Made by a program: the position numbers and the translations under genes. From Candidatus Limnocylindrales bacterium (GTDB lineage: Bacteria > Chloroflexota > Limnocylindria > Limnocylindrales > CSP1-4), in NCBI GenBank assembly GCA_038325875.1, contig JBBQJL010000004.1, forward strand, positions 42,907 through 106,906: 64,000 nucleotides of DNA. Reading direction: 5' to 3'. The notes below the pieces were generated by a model that saw only the letters and a program-made list of their open reading frames with translations, had not been told where the DNA came from and did not search any database. Positions 18,098 to 26,540 of this stretch are shown here, piece after piece; position 1 is the stretch's first letter; each line of letters starts with the position of its first letter.

Positions 18098-19087
18098 ATG
18101 ACCAAGATCGGATATGCCGCGATGCTCGAGCAGTTCCATCCGACCGAGCTGCTCGACCTGTGCGCCCGGGCCGAGGATGTCGGCTTCGGTGCCGGGTTCA
18201 TGGTCTCGGAGCACTTCCATCCATGGACGCCGCAGCAAGGCCAGGGCGCCTTCGCCTGGAGCTTCATGGGCGCCCTCGGCCAGCGCACGTCACTGCCCTT
18301 CGGGACCGCCGTGACCTGCCCCGGATTCCGCTACCACCCCGCCGTCATCGCCCACGCCGCGGCGACCCTGGGGGCGATGTACCCGGGCCGGTTCTGGCTC
18401 GGCCTCGGGGCGAGTGAGGCCCTCAACGAGCACATCGTCGGGGGCGAGTGGCCCGAGATCGGGGTGCGCAGCTCGATGCTGTTCGAGGCGATCGAGATCA
18501 TCAACAAGCTGTTCAGTGGCGCGGTGGTACGCCATCGGGGCGACCATTTCAAGCTCGAGAGCGCCAAGCTCTACACCCGGCCCGAGGAGGCGGTCAGGGT
18601 CTACGTCGCCACGGCTGGCCCGCTCAACGCCAAACGGACCGGGCGGTTGGCCGACGGGCTGATCACGGTCGGTGCGGCCGACGACAAGATCGGGATGTTG
18701 TGGGAGAAGTTCGACGAGGGAGCGCGCGAGGCCGGCAAAGACTCGAGTGCGATGCCGAAGCTCCTCCAGATCCACATCAGCTGGGCGCGGACCGATCAGG
18801 AAGCCGTCGACAACGCGCTGCGCGAGTGGCCCAACGGCGGGATGCCGTTCCCCAAGCAGGACATCAGGAACCCCGAGGACTTCGCCGCGATGGCCAAGCT
18901 GGTCCGCCCTGAGGACTTCGTCGACCGCTGCCTGATGTCGTCGGACCTGGCCTTGCATATCAGCCAGATCCAGCACTACGTCGACATGGGCTTCGACGAG
19001 ATCCATATCCATAACGTCGGCCGGAACCAGGCCGAGTACCTCGACATGTTCGGGCGCGAGGTCCTGCCCGCCCTTCGTCTCGGCTGA
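18098..19087 (+). CDS. F420-dependent glucose-6-phosphate dehydrogenase family (luciferase-like monooxygenase fold)
   Basis: MTKIGYAAMLEQFHPTELL..SEHFHPW..FRYHPAVIAHAAATL..GLGASEALNEH.. closely follows the Fgd/LLM pattern. An alternative ATG exists at 18089. Confidence 0.85.
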   Translation: MTKIGYAAMLEQFHPTELLDLCARAEDVGFGAGFMVSEHFHPWTPQQGQGAFAWSFMGALGQRTSLPFGTAVTCPGFRYHPAVIAHAAATLGAMYPGRFWLGLGASEALNEHIVGGEWPEIGVRSSMLFEAIEIINKLFSGAVVRHRGDHFKLESAKLYTRPEEAVRVYVATAGPLNAKRTGRLADGLITVGAADDKIGMLWEKFDEGAREAGKDSSAMPKLLQIHISWARTDQEAVDNALREWPNGGMPFPKQDIRNPEDFAAMAKLVRPEDFVDRCLMSSDLALHISQIQHYVDMGFDEIHIHNVGRNQAEYLDMFGREVLPALRLG

Positions 19088-19282
19088 TCCCCCGGGGTGG
19101 TGCGTTGGAGCGACGCGAATCGGGTCCTAGCCGCAAAACAGGTGCATCGGGCTATGGGAGCCGGGCCGCCGGGGCGCTACGATGGTCAGGTCGACGGTAA
19201 GGTGGCTCGTCCGAGCGCCTAACGAAAGGATCCTTCGCTGAACGCCAAGCGGGTCGATCGCCGCCTGCTCGTCCTCGCTCTC

Positions 19283-19960
19283 GTGGCGCTGGGGAGTGTC
19301 GCGGCGTGCGGCCCACAGGTCGTCACGCCGACTCCGCCAAGCGGAGTCCGGCCGGACTCCGAAGCGCTGGGCACGATCCCGCGCCCCGGCCTGGCGACCG
19401 ATCTGGGCACCTCGGGGCCGGGCGTCGATGGATCCGGTGACTTCCTGTCGTACACCTCTGAACTGTCACCTGGGCCGACCATGACGGCGTACGCGGACCA
19501 GCTGGTCGCAGCCGGCTTCTACGATGCCGGTCGGCTGGGAGCCTGGCGGGTGTTCACCGACACGTCGCTGACCCTCTGGGTTCGGGTCGGTTCGGGCGGC
19601 CCTCCGACCAGCCTCATCATCAGGGTGGCGCCGAACTCGAACGAGGTCGCCGACGGTCCCTTCCGCCGGCGGGGCCTGTCGGACCAGCTCGATCCGGACC
19701 GTCCAGACCCGAGCGCCGGAACGGGCGACGCGGGCCCCACTGCCTCCACCCGTCCGGCTATCTCGGCACAGCGGCCCGATCCGCCCCATGCATCGCCCCG
19801 GGCGGGCGGCGTGGGCAGCGCCGGCGCGGCGACGTCCGGCGGCAGCACTGGAAGCGGCACCGCATCCGGCGGCGGGACGAGCACCGCCGGCAGCGGCGGC
19901 GCAGGCCCGGCGACCGGGATCGGAACGAGTGCGGGCGACGAGCACGGCCTCCGGCCATGA
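19283..19960 (+). CDS. Putative secreted/lipoprotein of unknown function with Gly/Ser/Ala-rich tail
   Basis: ..LVALGSVAAC|GPQ lipobox-like. The in-frame upstream extension (to CTG 19238, after stop 19220-19222) would give a full signal peptide LNAKRVDRRLLVLALVALGSVAACG. ATGA overlap with the response regulator at 19957-19960. Confidence 0.6.
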   Translation: MALGSVAACGPQVVTPTPPSGVRPDSEALGTIPRPGLATDLGTSGPGVDGSGDFLSYTSELSPGPTMTAYADQLVAAGFYDAGRLGAWRVFTDTSLTLWVRVGSGGPPTSLIIRVAPNSNEVADGPFRRRGLSDQLDPDRPDPSAGTGDAGPTASTRPAISAQRPDPPHASPRAGGVGSAGAATSGGSTGSGTASGGGTSTAGSGGAGPATGIGTSAGDEHGLRP

Positions 19961-20649
19961 CCGAGCGGCACCGCCTGTTGCTCGTCGACGACGACGTGCA
20001 GCTCACCCAGTTCCTCGGCGCTCGTCTCCGCCGTGACGGCTTCCAGGTGGCTGTCGCCAGCTCGGGACCCGAAGCCCTGGCGGCCATCGACGAATCCTGG
20101 CCGGACCTCGTCCTGCTCGACCTGACGATGCCCGGGACCAGCGGTGAGGAGGTCGCCGCCGGGATCAAGAAGCGCGCCGACATCCCCATCGTCGTGCTGT
20201 CGGCCGTGGTGACATCCCGCTCGAAGACCGACCTGATCGAGCACTACGCCGAGGATTACATCACCAAGCCGTTCGACTACCCCGAGCTGGTCGCCCGGTT
20301 GAACCGCGTCCTGCGCCGGCTCAACGAGCGGATCCCGAGCGAGCTCCTCGAGCTGGGACCTGACCTGTCGCTCGCCCTGCGTCGTCGTGAGGCGATCGTG
20401 GCCGGCCGACCGGTGTCCCTGTCCCCGACCGAGACGCGGCTGCTGGCCTCTCTCGCCGCCAACGTCGGCACGACGATCACCACCGATCAGCTGCTCGCCC
20501 GCGTGTGGAGCGACTCCGATGGTGCTGACCCTGCCTACGTCTGGGTGGCGATCCGTCGTCTTCGGCGCAAGATCGAAGTCGACCCGGACGACCCGCGACA
20601 CCTCCTGACCGATCGGAACGGGGGCTATCGGCTGGTCGCGGCCGGCTGA
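19957..20649 (+). CDS. OmpR/PhoB-family response regulator
   Basis: ..HRLLLVDDD..LVLLDLTMPG..DYITKPF.. plus a winged helix ..LSPTETRLLASLA..GGYRLVA. Confidence 0.9.
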   Translation: MTERHRLLLVDDDVQLTQFLGARLRRDGFQVAVASSGPEALAAIDESWPDLVLLDLTMPGTSGEEVAAGIKKRADIPIVVLSAVVTSRSKTDLIEHYAEDYITKPFDYPELVARLNRVLRRLNERIPSELLELGPDLSLALRRREAIVAGRPVSLSPTETRLLASLAANVGTTITTDQLLARVWSDSDGADPAYVWVAIRRLRRKIEVDPDDPRHLLTDRNGGYRLVAAG

Positions 20650-20657
20650 CCGCGGGC

Positions 20658-22850
20658 ATGGCGGACGGGTCGCATCGGCGCGGCCGGGGCCTGACCTATC
20701 GACGGCAGGTCATCCTCGTCCTCGTCCTGGTGGCGGTCGTCCCGCTGGCGATCTTCGGGACCGCGGCCATCCGCTCCGTCGAGGATGTCGTCAGCGATGA
20801 AGCCCTGGTCCAGGCCCGAACGGCCGTCGGCGGGGTCGCCGCCGTGCTGGCTCGCGACGCCGCCGACCTGACCGAGACGACCGACAGCTACGCCACCTGG
20901 CCGATCCTCCAGGACGAGCTGGCGGCCCTCGACCTCGAGTCGATCCGGCGCGACGTCATCGAGTTCCAGGTCGATCGCGGAGAGGTCGACGCGATCGCCC
21001 TCATCGCGGGCGACCGGCAGGTCACGGGCGGACCGATGCCGGTCACGACCATCCTGTCAGGCCTGGTGCGGACGGCGCTGGCCAGGTCGAGCCTGCCGAC
21101 GGGTCCGATCTACACCGACCTCGGCGATGGGCTCTATCTCGTCGAGGTCCGGCCGATCGACCTGGCCGGCCGGACCGGACCCGGGGTTGCCGCGGTGGAG
21201 GGTAAGTCGGTCGGTCTCGCCTTCGCTCGCCGGCTCGACCCGACCTTCCTCGTCGACGCTCACGAGGTGACCGGCTTCGACGGCGCGGTGTTCGACCGAT
21301 CGGGACACTTGCTGGTCGCCACCGACGCGCTTGCCGCGACCGCCTTCGCGCCGATCCTCGATCCGGCAGCCGCGCCGGGTCAGTCGTCGTCCCTCCGGTC
21401 GGGTCTGGCCGGCGGGTCGCTGACCCTGACCGACATGGACGGCGAGCCGGTCGGCTGGTACGTCGCGACGATGCGGATCGAAGGCCTGCGGACCGTCGGC
21501 AACCGGCTCGTCCCGCTGCTTGCGGTCGGCCTCCTCCTGGCTCTCCTTGCCGCGGCGATCCTGGCCATCCTCCTCGGTCGTCGACTGCGTCTCCGCCTCG
21601 ACGCCATCGGCGGCGGCCTGAGCGCGATGGCCGCCGGCGACCTTGCGATCCGCCTGCCGGCGGACGATCGGGATGAGATCGGTCGGCTGGCCAGCGCGCT
21701 CGACCGGATGGGGGACACGTTGGAACGGCGTGACCGGATCCTGCGCGCCGCCATCCGCGCGATCGCCGAGCTGACCCCCGACCTCGGAGTCGGGCGGGTC
21801 CATGCCCAGGGTGTCGCGGCGGCCGGGCGGATCTTCGACCTGAGCGAGGTGACCCTCGAGGACGCCGGCGGGGTCGCCCTCGTCCAGACGACGGCTCCGG
21901 CCGAAGCCCCGGTCGGACTGTCCGGTTCCGGTTCAGCCGCCGGGATCTCTCGTGGTCGGCTCGTGTCGGCGGCCCTCGGCCCCAACGCCGAGGGTGACCC
22001 GATCGGATCGAGCGGGCCGCGCCTGGTCGGCCGCCTCCCGGCCGGGTACGACTGGTCGGAGGCGGACCAGTCGCTGCTGGACGTTTACGCCAGGCTGCTC
22101 CGGGCCGCCATCGACGATGCCGCGGTCCACGCTCGGACCCTCGACCGGGTCGATCGTCTCGGTCGTCTGACGCGGCTCCAGGGCGACTTCCTGCGCGGCG
22201 TGAGTCACAACCTCCAGGCTCCGTTGACCAGCATCGCGGTCGTCGCGGATGAGCTGGCCACCGCCGATTCGACGGACGCGCACGCGCGCGAGGGCGCCAC
22301 CATCATCCGCGCCCAGGCAGATCGGCTGGCCCGGCTCGTGGGCCAGCTGCTCACCCTGTCCCGCCTCGAGGCCGGGACGCTCCGAGTCGAGGCCGAGCCG
22401 GTCGCCCCGGCCCCGATCGTCCGACGGGTGTGGACGTCGCTCGGGTCCGACCGACCGTTCGAGGTCGACGATCGGACGGTCGGGATGGTCGCCTTCGCCG
22501 ATCGGGCCGCCCTGGAGCAGGTGGTCTGGATGCTCCTCGACAACGCCGTCAAATACGCGCCGAGCGGCCCGATCGGAGTCCTCCTCGAGCCGGCGGATGC
22601 GGACGAGCGGATCGCCGTGACCGTCTTCGACCACGGACCCGGCATCCCGCCCAACGAGCGGGCCAAGGTCTTCCGCAGGTTCGAGCGCGGCTCGACCAGC
22701 CAGGGTCTCGACGGGACCGGCCTCGGCCTCGATGTCGCCCGGGGATTGGTCCGGGCGATGGGCGGTTCCATCCGCTATATGCCCGCCCCAGGAGGCGGTG
22801 CCGGGTTCCGATTCACGGTCCCCGCGGAGCGCCCCGAGCGCCCCGTCTGA
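20658..22850 (+). CDS. Membrane sensor histidine kinase (extracytoplasmic sensor - HAMP - GAF-like linker - HisKA - HATPase_c)
   Basis: Two TM segments flank a roughly 270-aa sensor region. HAMP ..MAAGDLAIRLPADDRDEIGRLASALDRM..; H-box FLRGVSHNLQAPLTSI; ..DNAVKYAP..DHGPGIP..GTGLGL. Confidence 0.9.
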   Translation: MADGSHRRGRGLTYRRQVILVLVLVAVVPLAIFGTAAIRSVEDVVSDEALVQARTAVGGVAAVLARDAADLTETTDSYATWPILQDELAALDLESIRRDVIEFQVDRGEVDAIALIAGDRQVTGGPMPVTTILSGLVRTALARSSLPTGPIYTDLGDGLYLVEVRPIDLAGRTGPGVAAVEGKSVGLAFARRLDPTFLVDAHEVTGFDGAVFDRSGHLLVATDALAATAFAPILDPAAAPGQSSSLRSGLAGGSLTLTDMDGEPVGWYVATMRIEGLRTVGNRLVPLLAVGLLLALLAAAILAILLGRRLRLRLDAIGGGLSAMAAGDLAIRLPADDRDEIGRLASALDRMGDTLERRDRILRAAIRAIAELTPDLGVGRVHAQGVAAAGRIFDLSEVTLEDAGGVALVQTTAPAEAPVGLSGSGSAAGISRGRLVSAALGPNAEGDPIGSSGPRLVGRLPAGYDWSEADQSLLDVYARLLRAAIDDAAVHARTLDRVDRLGRLTRLQGDFLRGVSHNLQAPLTSIAVVADELATADSTDAHAREGATIIRAQADRLARLVGQLLTLSRLEAGTLRVEAEPVAPAPIVRRVWTSLGSDRPFEVDDRTVGMVAFADRAALEQVVWMLLDNAVKYAPSGPIGVLLEPADADERIAVTVFDHGPGIPPNERAKVFRRFERGSTSQGLDGTGLGLDVARGLVRAMGGSIRYMPAPGGGAGFRFTVPAERPERPV

Positions 22851-22851
22851 C

Positions 22852-22880
22852 GATGGTCCGGGGGTGTCCCCCCGACCATC
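22852..22880 (+). terminator. GC-rich hairpin after the kinase gene (terminator candidate)
   Basis: gatggtc-cggggg / tgt / cccccc-gaccatc: 12 paired positions with one mismatch, 2 nt after the stop codon. There is no U-tract. Confidence 0.45.
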
Positions 22881-23035
22881 GGGCTGTGCAGCCGCGCACT
22901 TTCGTAATGAGGCGCGAAAGGTCCCGCTTCCTAGGCTAGACGGTATCCAGTGGCGATGGTCTCAGGCCCTTGCCACCCGTTCGAGCGATAGGGGCGGAGC
23001 GACGCCGAGTGAAGCGACCCAACCGAGCGACGCGC

Positions 23036-23605
23036 ATGGAGCGAGGCCAGGCCGGCCAGTCCCTTGTCGAGTTCGCCCTCGTCTTCCCGATCTTCTTCGT
23101 CCTGCTGATGGGGACGATCGAGTTCGGGCTCGTGTTCAACGCCCTGCTGTCGATCAACTTCGCCAGCCGTGATGCGTCGCTGATCGCCGCCGAAGCCGGC
23201 AATGCTGTCGGCTCGGACTGCACCATCCTCAAGAAGGTCGAGGATTCGATCGGGGCACCGGCGAGCTCCGCGCGGGTGACCGAGGTCCGGATCTACAGGG
23301 CCGACAAGAACGGCGTCCAGATGGGCGGCCAGGTCAACGTCTACGCCCGGTCGGGCTCGACGCCGTGCACCCTGCCCAGTGGTTCGTGGACCGCGCCCTA
23401 CTCGTTGACGACGGGCGGTTACCTGGAGACGAACCGGTGCAACTACCAGGCCGGCTGCTCGGGCTCGGGTGGGGTCGACACGATCGGGGTGAGGATCACC
23501 TATCACTACACCTGGTTCACCCCGATGGGCACGTTCATCGGCCTGGGGGCGACCGACTACACGATGGTCGAATCGAACGTGATGCGGATGGAACCGGTCC
23601 TGTGA
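23036..23605 (+). CDS. TadE-like (Flp-pilus minor pseudopilin-like) protein 1
   Basis: MERGQAGQSLVEFALVFPIFFVLLMGTIEFGLVFNA.. is the TadE N-terminal signature. About 150 aa follow that I do not recognise. Confidence 0.8.
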   Translation: MERGQAGQSLVEFALVFPIFFVLLMGTIEFGLVFNALLSINFASRDASLIAAEAGNAVGSDCTILKKVEDSIGAPASSARVTEVRIYRADKNGVQMGGQVNVYARSGSTPCTLPSGSWTAPYSLTTGGYLETNRCNYQAGCSGSGGVDTIGVRITYHYTWFTPMGTFIGLGATDYTMVESNVMRMEPVL

Positions 23606-24213
23606 GCTGGCTCCCCCGTTCAACCGATCGCCGCCGCGCTGGCGCCAGCGGGCAGAGCCTCGTTGAGTTCGCGGTGTCGGTCCCCGTCTTCGTCATGATC
23701 CTGTTCGGGATGCTCGAGTTCGGGTTTGCCTTCAGCCACAACATGACCCTCGAGTACGGCACTCGCGAGGGCGCCCGGACGGGAGCGGCGCTCGGCAAGG
23801 GCACAACGACCGTACCGTGCGCTCCAGACGCGTCCGGGACCTCTCCGGTCGACCAGGAGATCATCGCCGGCGTCCAGCGGGTCCTTACCTCCCCGGGATC
23901 CCCCGTTGACGTCAATCGGATCGGCCAGATCACGATCTATCAGTCCAACAGCTCGGGTGGCCAGGCCGGGCCGGTCAATACCTGGGTCCCCGGGGCCGGT
24001 CCGACGGTCGACGGCGTCGCGCTGAAGTTCAAGCAGACCAGCGTCGGCTGGGCCGCCTGTTCCCGCGACAACGGCTCGACGCCCGACTCGATCGGGATCG
24101 GGCTCACCTACAGCTATCGATTGATCAGCCCGCTTGGGGTCTTCCTCGGGATGACCGGGACCCCGGCATTCTCGATGTCAGACCACACCATCATGGCGCT
24201 CAACCCGAGCTAG
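23602..24213 (+). CDS. TadE-like protein 2
   Basis: GTG start overlaps the previous stop (GTGA at 23602-23605). ..ASGQSLVEFAVSVPVFVMILFGMLEFGFAFSHN.. TadE signature. Confidence 0.8.
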   Translation: MSWLPRSTDRRRAGASGQSLVEFAVSVPVFVMILFGMLEFGFAFSHNMTLEYGTREGARTGAALGKGTTTVPCAPDASGTSPVDQEIIAGVQRVLTSPGSPVDVNRIGQITIYQSNSSGGQAGPVNTWVPGAGPTVDGVALKFKQTSVGWAACSRDNGSTPDSIGIGLTYSYRLISPLGVFLGMTGTPAFSMSDHTIMALNPS

Positions 24214-24227
24214 GAGAACGACCGAAC

Positions 24228-26540
24228 ATGGCCTCGTTGGATCGTGCCCGCCAGTCCACCTACGCCGCGCGGCGTCGGATGGCTACGCGCGGCCAGATGC
24301 TCGTGTTGTTCGCCGTATCGATCTTCGTCCTGACCGGGATCACCGCGATCGTCGTCGACATCAGCTGGTATTGGGCCAACAGCCTGCGCGTCCAGCGCGC
24401 CGCCGATGCCGCCGCCCTGGCCGGGGTCGTCTGGCTGCCGGGCAATCCCAGCACGGCCTACAGCACGGCCCGCAGCGAAGCCACCAAGAACGGCTACGAC
24501 GACGGTATCGGCGGGATCACGGTCACGCCGATCCAGGACGCCACCAACAAACGCCGCCTGAACGTCACGATCAGTGCGCCCGTCGGGACGTTCTTCATGA
24601 AGATCTTCGGGCTCAACTCGATCCAGGCCATCCGCAGCTCCAAGGCGGAGTACGTCCTGCCCGTCCCGATGGGCAGCCCGGAGAACTACTACGGGGTGTT
24701 CGGTCTGACCCGTGGCCTGACCACGACCGGGACGACCACGACGATGAGCACCTCTACCGCGACCGGCGACTCCGGCTGGGGAAGGGTCGACACGACCGCT
24801 CCTGGCACCGCGAACTGGACCGCCTCGAGCGGGACGCTGATCGCCTCGGTCAACTCGAACAACAACATCTACGCCCGGACGAGCACAACCGCCCTGGCCC
24901 AGCAGTGGAGCGGGTTCGGCCTGCTCAGTGGAGCGACCGCGATCCCGAGCCCGGGCGTGGGCCAGACCCTGACGATCGTCGGGCTCCAGCTCCGCCTGAC
25001 CGATGCCTGGATGGCCTCGGCCTGCGCGGGCACGACGATCAAGGCCGACGTGTCGTGGAACGGTGGCACGAACTGGGGTAGCCAGATCGCGACGCCGAAC
25101 CTGCCGACCCCGGTCGCCAGCGCCGGTACGTACACCCTGCCCGCGGCGGGCGGCGCCACGAGCACGACCGCCTGGGGACCGGGCACGCCCCACACCTGGG
25201 TCCGGGCTGATTTCTCGGATACGAACTTCCGCGCTCGGCTGACCGTGGTCAAGGGTTGCACGACGCTGCCCCAGACGAACCTCGACATGCTCGAGGCGCG
25301 CGTCTACTGGAGCATGGACACGACGACCACGACTACCGTCACCACGACTACGCCGATCGCCGACCAGAACCTGCAGGGCCCCGGGACCGCCTGCGCCGGG
25401 GTCGCCAACTGCTACGACGCCGACGGCGCGGCGCTCAACCCGCGCGGGTTCTGGGCGACCCAGAACACGGAGGGTGCGGCCAACATCAACGGCGACGCCT
25501 TCCAGCCCTACTACGACAAGGTGGGTGGGGCGACCAACCCGGCGTACGACGCCGACACCTACTACAACTACGCGGTCGAGATGCCGGCTGGCACGTCCAA
25601 TGGCTCGGTCTACGTCTACGACCCGGTCTTCTGCGCGGTGACGGCCAGCAAGGGCACGGGCGACCGCTGGTTCAGCGGCGCGGGCAGCCAAGTCAGCACG
25701 TTCTATGAGCTATACGACACCAGGAACACGCTCTACGACATGACCGACGACGGCTCGCCGGTCGCCAACTCAGGCGCCCTGTTCCGCAAGATCGCGGCGT
25801 CCGACACGTCGATGGGCGGGAGCAGCGGCTCCCAATGCAGGCACAACACGGACGCGGCCTACGGCGACGGCCGTGACTACCACAACGAGTGGTACAAGCT
25901 GGCCAGCGGCCTGAGCGGTGGCGCGAGCGGCAAGATCTACCGCCTCCACACCACCTCGACCGATCCGTCCAACACGGCCGACCAGCGCAGCGTGGACGGC
26001 GAGAACAGCTACGCGCTGTACGCCTCGGCCAGCGGCGGGACGCCGAAGATCTACGGCATCGGCGCGATGCAGATGTTCACCCCGCTGTCGGCCTCGGGCT
26101 CGACCACCTACTCCGAGTTCTACCTGGCCCAGATCGATGCGGTCCACGCCGGGAAGACGGTCGAGATCATGCTCTGGGACCCGGGTGACACCAATCCCCT
26201 GGCCGCCTCGATCCAGATCGAGCTCCCGACGACCAGCGGCTGGTCGCCGGGGCTGATGGACTACACGGCGGCCAAGGGAACGACCAACACGAGCGCTGCC
26301 AACTGCAACTCGCTGTCAGGGACCGCGGTGTCCTCGATCCAGACCAACGTGGGCAACACGGCGGGCACGTACAACGGCTGCTGGCTGACGATCCAGGTCG
26401 TCATCCCGACGACCTACACGGCCGCGCAGAACGGCTGGTGGAAGATCAAGTACACGATGAACGGCACCGGGACCTCGAACGACGTCACCACGTGGAAGGT
26501 CCAGATCCGCGGCAACCCAGTCCACCTCATCGTTCCATGA
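24228..26540 (+). CDS. Large TadG/Tad-like N-terminal-domain protein, paralog 1 (770 aa)
   Basis: N-terminus ..GQMLVLFAVSIFVLTGITAIVVDISWYWANSLRVQRAADAAALAG.. (Tad-like Flp pilus-assembly hydrophobic segment). A long Thr/Ser/Gly-rich extracytoplasmic region follows. Ends ..TTWKVQIRGNPVHLIVP. Confidence 0.8.
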   Translation: MASLDRARQSTYAARRRMATRGQMLVLFAVSIFVLTGITAIVVDISWYWANSLRVQRAADAAALAGVVWLPGNPSTAYSTARSEATKNGYDDGIGGITVTPIQDATNKRRLNVTISAPVGTFFMKIFGLNSIQAIRSSKAEYVLPVPMGSPENYYGVFGLTRGLTTTGTTTTMSTSTATGDSGWGRVDTTAPGTANWTASSGTLIASVNSNNNIYARTSTTALAQQWSGFGLLSGATAIPSPGVGQTLTIVGLQLRLTDAWMASACAGTTIKADVSWNGGTNWGSQIATPNLPTPVASAGTYTLPAAGGATSTTAWGPGTPHTWVRADFSDTNFRARLTVVKGCTTLPQTNLDMLEARVYWSMDTTTTTTVTTTTPIADQNLQGPGTACAGVANCYDADGAALNPRGFWATQNTEGAANINGDAFQPYYDKVGGATNPAYDADTYYNYAVEMPAGTSNGSVYVYDPVFCAVTASKGTGDRWFSGAGSQVSTFYELYDTRNTLYDMTDDGSPVANSGALFRKIAASDTSMGGSSGSQCRHNTDAAYGDGRDYHNEWYKLASGLSGGASGKIYRLHTTSTDPSNTADQRSVDGENSYALYASASGGTPKIYGIGAMQMFTPLSASGSTTYSEFYLAQIDAVHAGKTVEIMLWDPGDTNPLAASIQIELPTTSGWSPGLMDYTAAKGTTNTSAANCNSLSGTAVSSIQTNVGNTAGTYNGCWLTIQVVIPTTYTAAQNGWWKIKYTMNGTGTSNDVTTWKVQIRGNPVHLIVP
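24289..24497. repeat. Copy A of a 209-nt near-identical segment shared by the two TadG-like paralogs
   Basis: Manual alignment with 26706-26914: the first 136 nt are identical, with 4 mismatches in total (at 24425, 24444, 24447, 24449). Confidence 0.9.

Noticed and set aside
16432-18288. 618-aa minus-strand ORF
   Set aside because: Only the last 110 codons (pntAB) are protein-like. The upstream part is an out-of-frame read across pntAA.
22881-23035. Search for a small Flp-type pilin gene upstream of the TadE-like genes
   Set aside because: No ORF here has a Flp-like leader or hydrophobic core. The only ATG ORF is MRRERSRFLG*. The same negative result applies to the gap at 28877-29208.
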